Assembly: GCA_963836185.1 (NCBI GenBank) | Contig: CAWIIQ010000001.1 | Location: 1,216,001-1,280,000, forward strand | DNA from: Candidatus Krumholzibacteriia bacterium | GTDB taxonomy: Bacteria > Krumholzibacteriota > Krumholzibacteriia > Krumholzibacteriales > Krumholzibacteriaceae | DNA: 64,000 bases | Reading direction: 5' to 3' | Shown: in pieces, positions 9,691 through 18,296 of the stretch | How the letters are laid out: every line of letters starts with the position of its first letter | How positions within the stretch are numbered: the first letter of the stretch is position 1 | The notes under the pieces: model-generated | Databases searched by the model: none | What the model saw: only the letters and a program-made list of their open reading frames with translations | Told to the model about the DNA's origin: nothing | Made by a program: the position numbers and the translations under genes

Positions 9691-12600
9691 ATGCCTGACG
9701 GCCCGCAAGGTAAAGAGAATTTCGAGTACGAAAAACACCAGCCGAGGCATAAGTTCAAGTCTACCGGCACCGAGGAAGAACTCGGCGACATGCATCTGTC
9801 GACCGAGAATTACTCGGTTGCGCTGGAATACTATGACAAGGCCCTCCAGAAGGTCCAGACCGCCGGCGGCGGTCCGAGCGACCTCGTAAGAGTCTACAGG
9901 AAAATCAGCGACTGCTATCGAAAGAAGGGATTGCTGCGCGAGGCCATGTCGTTCCTCGACAGCGCCGCGACTCATTGTGATGAAGAGGACCTGATCGGCA
10001 AGGGTGCTATCGCGTGCCGCCGCGGGATCATCCTCTACGAGCGAGGCGACATCAAGCACGGGCTCAGAGAGGCCTGCTCGGCTTACAGGATCCTGCGCAC
10101 GAGCGATGAGCACAGGGAAGTCGCTCACACGCAGCTTCTTGTCGCGAACTGCTATGCCAGGCTGGGGCGCAGCGACGAGGCTGAACAGTATTTCCTCGAT
10201 GCTCTTTCCTCTTACAGGCGTATCGGCGACACGGTCGGTGAGTCATATGTATTGAACAACCTGGGACTGTTTCACAAGAATGCATGTCGCTGGGGCAGAG
10301 CTCTCCAGTTCCTCGGCAGAGCCCTCGAGATCTGCGACGAAGTCGGTCTGACCCAGCACAGGGTCAGGGTCACGCTTAACATGGGCATCGTTCACCTTAA
10401 GAAACGTGACTTCGCGGGAGCGGAGAGCGCTTTTGTCGCGGCCAGGGATATGGCCAGGCGGATCGGCGATGACCTCAAGTATACCAAGTCCACCTTGATG
10501 CTCGGTGTAAAGGAGACAAGAGCGGGGAATCTGCTGGCCGCCGAGAAACACCTGCTCGAGGCACGGGTCACTGCGGAGCGGAGAAATTACCAGCGGGAGA
10601 CCGCTCTCGCCGACGAGTTCATCGGAGACCTGATGCTGGCGAAGGGCGATCTCGAGGATGCCCTCGAAAACTACACCATCGCGCTCAAGTCCGCCTCGAG
10701 ACTCAACCCGCAGGGTGACATTGTCGCTGAGGTTCAGCGCCGGATGATGAATGTCTACCTCGTTCAGAGAAAAGCCGAGGAGGCGCTCTCCATCGGCCGC
10801 CGTGCCATCGAATCGTGCCGCCGCAGCGGAGAGATGCACGAAATAGGATACGTTGAGAGAATGATCGGTCAGGCTCTTGCCATACAGAAGAAAGAGACCG
10901 AGGCCGAAAAACAGATAAACATGAGTATCAGGACCTTCCTGTCGGTCAACAATCCGTACGAAGCTCATAAGTCGGGAGTGATCCTGGGCGAGCAGCTGTT
11001 CCGCAGGGGAGACAGAAGGTCGGCGGTGATGGCGAGGAAACTCGTCAGCGAGACTGTCACGTTCTTTGAAAGGAACGAGGAGTACGCTGATCTGGCGGGA
11101 AGCCATTTCCTCCTCGCGAGGATCGAGGATATCCTCGGCAACAGGGATGAATGCCTGCTGCATCTCTTTGACGCGCAGCGGCTCGCGGAAGAGCTTCACG
11201 ACCGCAACCTGAACAGGCGCCTGCGCAGGATGCGCAGGAAGATAGAGGACGCTGCCGCCGGACCTCACGGGGCGCCGGGCAGGGACTCCTGCCAGTCCGG
11301 TGTGCTGAACGGTACGTTCATGCATGATCCGCAGCTGAAGTCCTATCTGGACTATATTCTCAGCGACCTGATGAGAAATCTCTCGGCAGGTCACGGGTTC
11401 GTCGCGCTGACCGATGGCAAGGGCAGTGAGCCGGTAGTGCTAGCCCGCCGCGGGATCGGGGACCAGGAGACGAAAGCTATCACCGAGTGGTTCCTCACTG
11501 GTGACGACGCCGACACTACCGAGAAATTCCTCGTTACTGATACGATGAACGATCGGCGTGTCAGGGAGATATTCGGACAGCTCCCGGGTGGCGATTCTCC
11601 CGCCTATTTCCATCCTCTCAGCAAGGGAGGCAGGAACTTCGGGCTTCTGTTCTTCCAGTCCGAAGGGAATGAGGGAGCTCCGACCGTCGGATCGATATTC
11701 GAGATAGTGTCGACATACGCCGGATTCATCGATTTCCTCATCAGCGGATCGATCATGGGCGCGCCGCCAGTGCCGGGTGCTGCTGCCGCGAAGAAAGGTA
11801 TCGATGGATTCATAACGAACGACGAGAAGATGCTCAGGATCCTCGATCTGGCGGGCAAGGTCGCGGTGAGCGATTCCACTGTGCTGTTGATGGGTGAGAC
11901 CGGAACCGGCAAGGGCCTTGTAGCCCAGGCGATCCACGATATGAGCAGAAGGCGTAATAAGAAGTATATACATGTGAACTGCGCCGCGCTCCCCGAGATG
12001 ATCCTGGAGAGCGAGCTTTTCGGTCACGTCAAGGGCTCCTTCACCGGAGCGGTGTCTGACAAGAAAGGTCTTCTCGAGGAGGCCGACGGCGGCACGATAT
12101 TCCTCGACGAGATCGGGAAGGCTCCTCTTCCGATACAGGGTAAGCTCCTTCAGTTCCTCGACACGAGAAAGGTGAGACCGGTCGGCAGTAACGAGATGCT
12201 TGCAGTCGACGTCAGGTTGATCTTCGCTTCCAAGGTGGATCTGCTTCAGCTCTGTAGCGAGGGAAAGATGCTCGAGGATTTCTATTACAGGATCAATGAT
12301 TTCCCGTTGACTATCCCGCCGCTGCGTGAACGCAGAGGGGACATTCCTCTCCTGGCGGATTATTATCTGCGCAGCAGTTGCTCCGCAATGGACCGTAAGA
12401 TCATCGGGTTCAGTGATGACGCTGTGGAATTTCTGATGAACTGCGAATGGCCGGGAAACGTCAGGGAACTCAGCAAGATAATCAAGCGTGCTGTCATCCT
12501 GGCCGAGGATAATGGCGTGATAACGCCTCAGCAGCTTGCGTTCGATTTTGCCGGGAAGCCGGAAGAGACGATCAACGACTCAGTGACCTTGCCCGACATG

Positions 12601-12738
12601 GTCAGGGAACTCGAGAGAAAGATAGTCTCGGAAGCACTCGGCGGGAATGAATGGAACAGGAAGGCCGCTGCCGCAGAACTGGGCATCAGCTATCCCACTC
12701 TTCTCAAGAAGATCCGCGATTACGGGATCATCCAGTAG
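9691..12738 (+). CDS. TPR-repeat sigma-54 enhancer-binding protein (TPR - GAF-like - AAA+ - HTH)
   Basis: RBS AAGGAG before ATG 9691; about 520 aa of TPR helices (ALEYYDKAL, YVLNNLGLFH...ALQFLGRALEI); GETGTGKG, ESELFGHVKGSFTGA, FLDEIG, WPGNVREL, WNRKAAAAELGISYPTL; no receiver domain. Confidence 0.93.
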   Translation: MPDGPQGKENFEYEKHQPRHKFKSTGTEEELGDMHLSTENYSVALEYYDKALQKVQTAGGGPSDLVRVYRKISDCYRKKGLLREAMSFLDSAATHCDEEDLIGKGAIACRRGIILYERGDIKHGLREACSAYRILRTSDEHREVAHTQLLVANCYARLGRSDEAEQYFLDALSSYRRIGDTVGESYVLNNLGLFHKNACRWGRALQFLGRALEICDEVGLTQHRVRVTLNMGIVHLKKRDFAGAESAFVAARDMARRIGDDLKYTKSTLMLGVKETRAGNLLAAEKHLLEARVTAERRNYQRETALADEFIGDLMLAKGDLEDALENYTIALKSASRLNPQGDIVAEVQRRMMNVYLVQRKAEEALSIGRRAIESCRRSGEMHEIGYVERMIGQALAIQKKETEAEKQINMSIRTFLSVNNPYEAHKSGVILGEQLFRRGDRRSAVMARKLVSETVTFFERNEEYADLAGSHFLLARIEDILGNRDECLLHLFDAQRLAEELHDRNLNRRLRRMRRKIEDAAAGPHGAPGRDSCQSGVLNGTFMHDPQLKSYLDYILSDLMRNLSAGHGFVALTDGKGSEPVVLARRGIGDQETKAITEWFLTGDDADTTEKFLVTDTMNDRRVREIFGQLPGGDSPAYFHPLSKGGRNFGLLFFQSEGNEGAPTVGSIFEIVSTYAGFIDFLISGSIMGAPPVPGAAAAKKGIDGFITNDEKMLRILDLAGKVAVSDSTVLLMGETGTGKGLVAQAIHDMSRRRNKKYIHVNCAALPEMILESELFGHVKGSFTGAVSDKKGLLEEADGGTIFLDEIGKAPLPIQGKLLQFLDTRKVRPVGSNEMLAVDVRLIFASKVDLLQLCSEGKMLEDFYYRINDFPLTIPPLRERRGDIPLLADYYLRSSCSAMDRKIIGFSDDAVEFLMNCEWPGNVRELSKIIKRAVILAEDNGVITPQQLAFDFAGKPEETINDSVTLPDMVRELERKIVSEALGGNEWNRKAAAAELGISYPTLLKKIRDYGIIQ

Positions 12739-12915
12739 ACCTGTATATTCCGCACATCCGATCGATTCCAGTCATCGTCGCGTATTAATGGTCCAGGCCG
12801 GTCTTTTTGATTTATTTTTATAATAATCGGAGACCGTCCGGCGCCACGATGCGGTCATTTCGACATCCGTCGGCCAGAATGGTTTCCATGAACAATTTCA
12901 TTGTCATTTCAAGAT

Positions 12916-12967
12916 GTTGCCCGGCAACGTATTATGGGTGGCCCACGGGATGTGTAAAGAGTCTTTA
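12916..12967. promoter_or_regulatory. Two palindromes, candidate upstream activator sequences
   Basis: GTTGCC-C-GGCAAC (12916-12928) and TAAAGA-G-TCTTTA (12955-12967), 115-170 bp upstream of a sigma-54 motif. Confidence 0.35.
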
Positions 12968-13082
12968 TCCCGAGTGTATTCCCGCTGCGGGACGTAAGAT
13001 TTAGCGCAAAAGTACTGCTTTGTAACAGATTGAATATGAATGCGTTGCGGTGCATTCGCGCAGACCGGCCGATGCTCCGTTT

Positions 13083-13097
13083 TGGAACGGTGCTTGC
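13083..13097 (+). promoter_or_regulatory. Sigma-54 (-24/-12) promoter
   Basis: TGGAACG-GTGC-TTGC; exact GG-N10-GC spacing, one mismatch to TGGCACG-N4-TTGC. Confidence 0.65.
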
Positions 13098-13108
13098 CTT
13101 TACATATA

Positions 13109-13252
13109 ACCGGTATCGGTTGGCGAATGGGAAGTGGCAAAACCGGAGAGATGCAGAGATTTCGATCCCATAAGCTCTCTTATGAAGCTTGAAATAGGGT
13201 ACAGGTGGGGTCTCTAGGGAATGAAATCTCAAACATCTCTCCGGTAATTTTA
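13109..13252 (+). ncRNA. Candidate sigma-54-dependent small RNA (long hairpin)
   Basis: ACCGGAGAGATG (13142-13153)/CATCTCTCCGGT (13234-13245) perfect 12 bp; nested GAGATTTC (13156-13163)/GAAATCTC (13223-13230) and TCCC/GGGA; followed by AATTTTAT; no substantial + strand ORF. Confidence 0.5.
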
Positions 13253-13322
13253 TATCCGTAAATACCCCTATTATATAATTTAAACTTGACTCTGAGTACC
13301 CCAGAACATTTATACTTAATAT

Positions 13323-13420
13323 TGTCAGGGGTGTAAGATACCTAAGGAATGGCGAGATCCATAGGAATGCGAGTATGGACATCCCCTCCGGTGCTCGCGT
13401 CTTGTGCCCCTGACTTTTTC
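13323..13420 (+). ncRNA. Second candidate small RNA (about 95 nt, closed by a long terminal stem)
   Basis: Upstream TTGACT-N19-TATACT (13286-13316); GTCAGGGGTGTAAGA (13324-13338) pairs with TCTTGTGCCCCTGAC (13400-13414) using G-U pairs, then TTTTT; internal repeats AGGAATG(G)CGAG. Confidence 0.45.
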
Positions 13421-13795
13421 TATCCACGACATTTTCTGAGATAAAGGCGAAGCTGGACCGGCAACCGGTCTGTGCGCAATCGAAGTGCGTGCGGTCCATA
13501 GTAAAGTCTATCCATCTGACCGGACCACGTGATCGACCCTCACAGTCGTCATCAAACCTGTTCCCTTCTGTCCGGTTTCGCCGAGGCGGACGCAATTACT
13601 AAAGTCGTGATCTTGTCCCTTTTCGGGGACGTTTGTGTGGAATAGATACGACAATTCCCGGTGGTGCGTGGGCAGGCGTTGTGCTTTCGGGGAGCAGGCA
13701 CACCGCCCGCCGGCGATTTTTAAAGACCTGCATCTAAATACCTTCCACGATCAATCAAGCATATATCACTACGCATCCGAGGCATCGTACGGAGG

Positions 13796-13810
13796 TGGCA
13801 CGCCAGTTGC
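13796..13810 (+). promoter_or_regulatory. Consensus sigma-54 promoter for the lipoprotein gene
   Basis: TGGCACG-CCAG-TTGC, a perfect match to TGGCACG-N4-TTGC. Confidence 0.8.
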
Positions 13811-13824
13811 GTTTATATATCGAC

Positions 13825-14814
13825 ATGATGAGAGCAGGAAGCGCACATAAAGCATCACAGGTTTTGACAGCGATTCTGATTGCCGGATTTTTGTTCATTT
13901 CCTCCTGTTCAACGGAGGAACAGATCGTGTACGTGCCGATGGAGGTCCCAGCGGATTGTCCTCCATCGGCACCTCGCGGTGTCTACGCGATCAACCTGGA
14001 TGGCTATGTGCAGATACGCTGGATTCCGAACCCCGAGGACGACATCGCGGGTTACGACATATGGAAGAATGACGAGCTCTATGGGACGTATGAGTGGGTC
14101 GATTATGTGCTGGTAGAGGATCCTGAACCTTTCGAATACTACTTTGAGCACGACACTCCGAACGGCCAGAAGTCCTATTACGCGGTATCCGCTTACGACG
14201 TGAATGATAACATGAGCGAGCTGAGCTACGAGGACGTCAGCGCGACGCCGAGGCCGGAAGGATTTCTCACACTTTATGACGAGTCGGTCGAAGCCGATTC
14301 CTGCGGTTACGATTTCTCTTCGCAGAGTAACATCGCGCAGGACTGCTCGCTTCCGACGACAGACATCATGTTTGATACGACCGGCGGGGTCAACCGGTTC
14401 GTGGTCAACATGCCGATCGTCATGATCCAGGATTACGGTTATACATCCAGTTTCGATGATATCAATATCGCTCCCGAGTCCGGCTGGTCCGATGCAGGGC
14501 TGGCCGAAGTCATCGATAACCATTGCTACATAATCAGGATCGGCGAGTCCGACGGCCTGCACTATGTGAAGCTCTGGGTACACACGATTGGGGGCGGTTA
14601 TGTAGATTTCTGGTGGGCATATCAGACGGATCCCGGCAATACGGATCTGATGGAGTCCGCTGGAACCGATGAGTTAACATCCGGTCCGGCAGAGACCGGT
14701 GGAATAAAGGTCATGAACGGTTTTCCAAAAGGTCGACAAGTCCCCCCGACGCTTACAAGCTCGGGTAAACAGGACGATGACAGAATCCTGCAGCGGCAGA
14801 ACACCTTACCTTAA
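13825..14814 (+). CDS. Lipoprotein with Fn3-like domain and beta-rich C-terminal domain
   Basis: Lipobox FISSC; PPSAPRGV...IRW.PN.E.DIAGY.IW...YYAVSAYD...SELS Fn3 pattern. Confidence 0.8.
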   Translation: MMRAGSAHKASQVLTAILIAGFLFISSCSTEEQIVYVPMEVPADCPPSAPRGVYAINLDGYVQIRWIPNPEDDIAGYDIWKNDELYGTYEWVDYVLVEDPEPFEYYFEHDTPNGQKSYYAVSAYDVNDNMSELSYEDVSATPRPEGFLTLYDESVEADSCGYDFSSQSNIAQDCSLPTTDIMFDTTGGVNRFVVNMPIVMIQDYGYTSSFDDINIAPESGWSDAGLAEVIDNHCYIIRIGESDGLHYVKLWVHTIGGGYVDFWWAYQTDPGNTDLMESAGTDELTSGPAETGGIKVMNGFPKGRQVPPTLTSSGKQDDDRILQRQNTLP

Positions 14815-14859
14815 GCTGGCACTTAAATAAGGTTTCCGTTACCCGGAAGGTCGACCGAA

Positions 14860-14926
14860 GGGGAGAGTGAAGAAAGCGATTGCTGAACAGGGGCGGCAAG
14901 AGATCTTCACTCTCCCCGACTTTTTT
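14860..14926 (+). terminator. 14-bp stem with 30-nt loop followed by a U-tract (terminator or 3'-UTR structured RNA)
   Basis: GGGGAGAGTGAAGA (14860-14873)/TCTTCACTCTCCCC (14904-14917), then GACTTTTTT. Confidence 0.6.
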
Positions 14927-14981
14927 ATCAGCCCGCATTTGACTTGATGAGTCCCGGACATCAACTTATTATTCGTCAGAC

Positions 14982-17900
14982 ATGCGTATACCTGTTTCGT
15001 TCATAAGGATCACCACCGCCGCTATAGCGGCGGCAGCTTTTTACGGAGCCTTGGCCCCGGTACAGGGAGCCTTTGCCTATGGACCTGAGATGAACAGCAT
15101 TCCGCGCATGCCGAAGGGCCGGCCGGCCGGTGTTTACCAGCAGCAGGCGATATCCGGCCTCCTTGCCGGCAGTTTCGACGCGCCGGATACCCTTGAGCTT
15201 CTTGTAATACGTGTAGCCTTCTCCGATATGGATTTTACATCTCCTCCTCACGATTCGCTCTATTTCGCCAACGAGATGAGGCACACCTGGGAGTATTTCA
15301 GGGGAGCATCCATCGGGGCGTTCGGCCTTGGCTGGAAGATAGCGGCAGGCGTCACAACGCTCAGTTTCGAAGCGGCATACTACGGTGATGATGACCTGTG
15401 GGAGGAGAGGGTATCGGAGATCCTCATGGAGGTGGTTGCGGAGAATGACGACGAGATAGATTTCTCGCGATTCGACGCTTTTGCCATTATCCATCCGGGA
15501 GCCGGCCAGGAGACCGACTTCTCGGGCGATTCTCCCTGGCAGCTCTGGTCGGGCTTTATCGATCCGGTCGAGATGGATGCTGTGCTGGCCGATACACTTG
15601 GGACCCCGGGGGTGCCCACGAACGATCTCATCGCCGGAGATACATTTTACGTCGACAACGTGATGGTCCTGCCGGAGAACGCCTCGCAGGACGGATTAAC
15701 ATTCGGCTCTCTCGGGATCTACGCCTATCAGGTCGGAATGCGTCTCGGATTGATCCCGATGTACGACACGACACCGTCGGGTTATCCCGATTCACAGGGG
15801 ATAGGAGCGTTCGGCCTGATGGGGTACGGCCTGTACAATGCTTCAGGCTTTATACCGGCTTTTCCCTGCGCGTTCCATCGATACCTGATGGGATGGACGG
15901 AGCCGGTGACTATAGATGCTGACGGCAGTGTCGATGTGGTTGATATAAACTCGTCGATGCCGGCGGATACATCGCTGGTAAGGATAGAGATCAGCCCTAC
16001 CGAATATTTTCTCATCTCGAACAGGGTGCACGATAAAAACATGAACGGCCGTTTCGATTTCGGCGATGTGAACGGCGACGGCATCCCCGCTAACGAGGAC
16101 ACTCTTCTAGGTGCCGAATTTGATTTCTTTCTCACCGCGACGACAAACCCTTTCCACTACGAGGATATCAGCGGCGAGCAGGTCAAGGTAGTCGATACCG
16201 GAAGCGGTATCATGATCTGGCATATCGATGAGACTATTATCAGGAACCAGCTCGGCATAGGGCGCTACCCCAACGACAATCCGGGAATCAGCGGCGTCGA
16301 CCTCGAGGAAGCGGACGGCGTACAGGACCTCGACCGTCCGGGCGGGAGCTATGCCTTCGGCGGCTGGGGGGATTCATACAGGGACGGCTGGTACACCGAG
16401 TTCGGGCCGGAGACGATACCGGCGAGCCTCAGCAACACTGGAACTCCGACAGGCCTGACCCTGTCGACCGATTCGCTTCCGGGCCCGGTGATGAACATCT
16501 CTATCGAGTCGGGAGAGGAACTTCCCCGTGTTACGGGCGAGATCGACGGGACAGTGATGAACCTTTCCCCGGTCGTTGCCCAGCTGGATGGCGACGTAGA
16601 ATATGAGCTCATACAGGCTGCCGATACAGGCAGGATATATATCGCGTGGGATGCCGGTGCCCAGGCGTGGGACGGCTCTTTTGATCTGGTCGTGGATATA
16701 CCGGGAGCCGCGTGGTCGGGTACGCCTGTCGCGGCGGAGCTCGATGGAACTCCTCCGATGGAGATCCTTGCGGGATCGCGCGACGGCAGGATACATGCTT
16801 ACCGGACTGACGGCTCTCCGTATCCGATCGATACCGGACCTTCACCCGGCTCGCTTGAGGTAAAGGGCGAGATCGTCAGTATGCCGATAGCTTTCGAGGC
16901 AGATGGAGATCCCGGTCTGGAGGTAGCGTTTCTCGTCTCTGATGGTGATACATCATGGATGTATCTCGTCGGCCATGCTGATGCGAATGATCTGGACGGT
17001 TTCATCGCTGGCGATGGGGTGTTTGGCGCGCTCATCAGCCCCAGCAGGGTGATCGCTCATCCGGTCCTCTGCGTCGATGATGCCGGCGCCGGCTCAGGCG
17101 GATTCTGTACCGCGGTGACTGATCCTGATGGTCATCTGAGCTTTATGCATATCGAGATGATGTACGGTCCCCCGGGAATGAGCCTCACTTCATGGAGCAT
17201 GACAGGGACTTACGGACTGGAAGATCTGCTGCAGCCCGCTTCGGGAGATATCGACGGAAACGGGACGGATGATGTCATCCTCGCGATTCCGGATGGGGAT
17301 ATCTTCTATATCGATATATCGAGAGGTATTGAGACTTCATCGATCACTCTGGAAAGGCCATCTTCGCCATCTCTCGCCGACATCAACGGCGACGGCACGC
17401 TTGAGACACTCATACGCGATCGCGGCCGCCTCTTTCTTCTGACTGGATTCGGCACCCTGGTATCCGGATGGCCCCTGCAGCTCGAAGAGTATCTCGTGAA
17501 TGTAGAACCCGATACTACCCCTGCCCAGCCGGTGGCGGCCGATGTGGACGGGGACGGGGAACTGGAGGCAGTCTTCAATGTCGCCGGCGAACTGAGGGCG
17601 TATCGATATGACACCAGGCTCGAGCAGGGATGGCCCATAAGGGGAGAAGGGGACCATTCGATCTCTCCTGCCTTTTCACCGGGGGCGGGCTCGAAGATGT
17701 TCATATACACCTCTGGCGGTTCAGGCGGGATAGCCGGGGCCGATCAGACAGGAATGGTTTTCTTTCCCGGAGTCTCGACGGTCTCAAGGATCGATCCGGG
17801 AATCGTGTGGGAAGCCGCGGGAGCCTGGCCGGCATACCGTCTGAATGCGTTCGGCACAGCCAGGCAGGCAATGTCCGGGGGCGATGTCCAGGGCGGGCCT

Positions 17901-18188
17901 CTGGTCGACGGGAACTCGATGATCTGCTATCCGAATCCCGCGACAGGTTATTCTTTCAATCTCCGCCTTAATGTCTCGGAAAAGGCCGATGTGACTGTCA
18001 GGCTGTTCAATCTCGAAGGGACGGAGGTCTATTCCTCCACAGCGACGCATGAGTGGAGCGGCGACGTGCCGTTCGAGACTGCGGTCCCGGTCGGCGGACT
18101 GGCAAGCGGTATATATCTCTGCCATGTGAGGGTACAGGGCGGGGGCGAGGACTGGAGCGGTTCGAGAAAGGTCGCGATAATAAGGTAG
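14982..18188 (+). CDS. M6 (immune inhibitor A)-like domain lacking HExxH + FG-GAP repeats + T9SS-type C-terminal domain
   Basis: IIHPGAGQE, GIGAFGLMGYG, EYFLISNR, GIMIWHIDE, VDLEEADG M6 motifs; DIDGNG/DINGDG/DVDGDG repeats; YPNP...SGIY...KVAIIR. Confidence 0.8.
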   Translation: MRIPVSFIRITTAAIAAAAFYGALAPVQGAFAYGPEMNSIPRMPKGRPAGVYQQQAISGLLAGSFDAPDTLELLVIRVAFSDMDFTSPPHDSLYFANEMRHTWEYFRGASIGAFGLGWKIAAGVTTLSFEAAYYGDDDLWEERVSEILMEVVAENDDEIDFSRFDAFAIIHPGAGQETDFSGDSPWQLWSGFIDPVEMDAVLADTLGTPGVPTNDLIAGDTFYVDNVMVLPENASQDGLTFGSLGIYAYQVGMRLGLIPMYDTTPSGYPDSQGIGAFGLMGYGLYNASGFIPAFPCAFHRYLMGWTEPVTIDADGSVDVVDINSSMPADTSLVRIEISPTEYFLISNRVHDKNMNGRFDFGDVNGDGIPANEDTLLGAEFDFFLTATTNPFHYEDISGEQVKVVDTGSGIMIWHIDETIIRNQLGIGRYPNDNPGISGVDLEEADGVQDLDRPGGSYAFGGWGDSYRDGWYTEFGPETIPASLSNTGTPTGLTLSTDSLPGPVMNISIESGEELPRVTGEIDGTVMNLSPVVAQLDGDVEYELIQAADTGRIYIAWDAGAQAWDGSFDLVVDIPGAAWSGTPVAAELDGTPPMEILAGSRDGRIHAYRTDGSPYPIDTGPSPGSLEVKGEIVSMPIAFEADGDPGLEVAFLVSDGDTSWMYLVGHADANDLDGFIAGDGVFGALISPSRVIAHPVLCVDDAGAGSGGFCTAVTDPDGHLSFMHIEMMYGPPGMSLTSWSMTGTYGLEDLLQPASGDIDGNGTDDVILAIPDGDIFYIDISRGIETSSITLERPSSPSLADINGDGTLETLIRDRGRLFLLTGFGTLVSGWPLQLEEYLVNVEPDTTPAQPVAADVDGDGELEAVFNVAGELRAYRYDTRLEQGWPIRGEGDHSISPAFSPGAGSKMFIYTSGGSGGIAGADQTGMVFFPGVSTVSRIDPGIVWEAAGAWPAYRLNAFGTARQAMSGGDVQGGPLVDGNSMICYPNPATGYSFNLRLNVSEKADVTVRLFNLEGTEVYSSTATHEWSGDVPFETAVPVGGLASGIYLCHVRVQGGGEDWSGSRKVAIIR

Positions 18189-18296
18189 GATACTGATACA
18201 GGAGAATAGATGCCCCGGCCGGCTCCCGAAGCAGACGCCGGCATTAAAGCCCACGGGTGTTGATGTTGACCCGGGAGGCTTTATTTACTACAATAT

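Noticed and set aside
13135-13170. c-di-GMP-I riboswitch (GGCAAAACCGGAGAG..)
   Set aside because: Lacks the downstream GACGCAAAGC element and the P2 pairing; the segment instead pairs with 13234-13245
13323-13420. SRP (4.5S) RNA or tRNA
   Set aside because: No CAGG..GGAA..AGCAG helix-8 motif; no cloverleaf or TTCGA T-loop
12909-13595. 228-aa minus-strand ORF (and other short ORFs) across the activator-downstream intergenic region
   Set aside because: No recognisable motifs, atypical composition, TTG start with no RBS, and it overlaps + strand promoters and RNA hairpins
14817-14835. Sigma-54 promoter at TGGCAC after the lipoprotein stop
   Set aside because: No TTGC/GC at the -12 position
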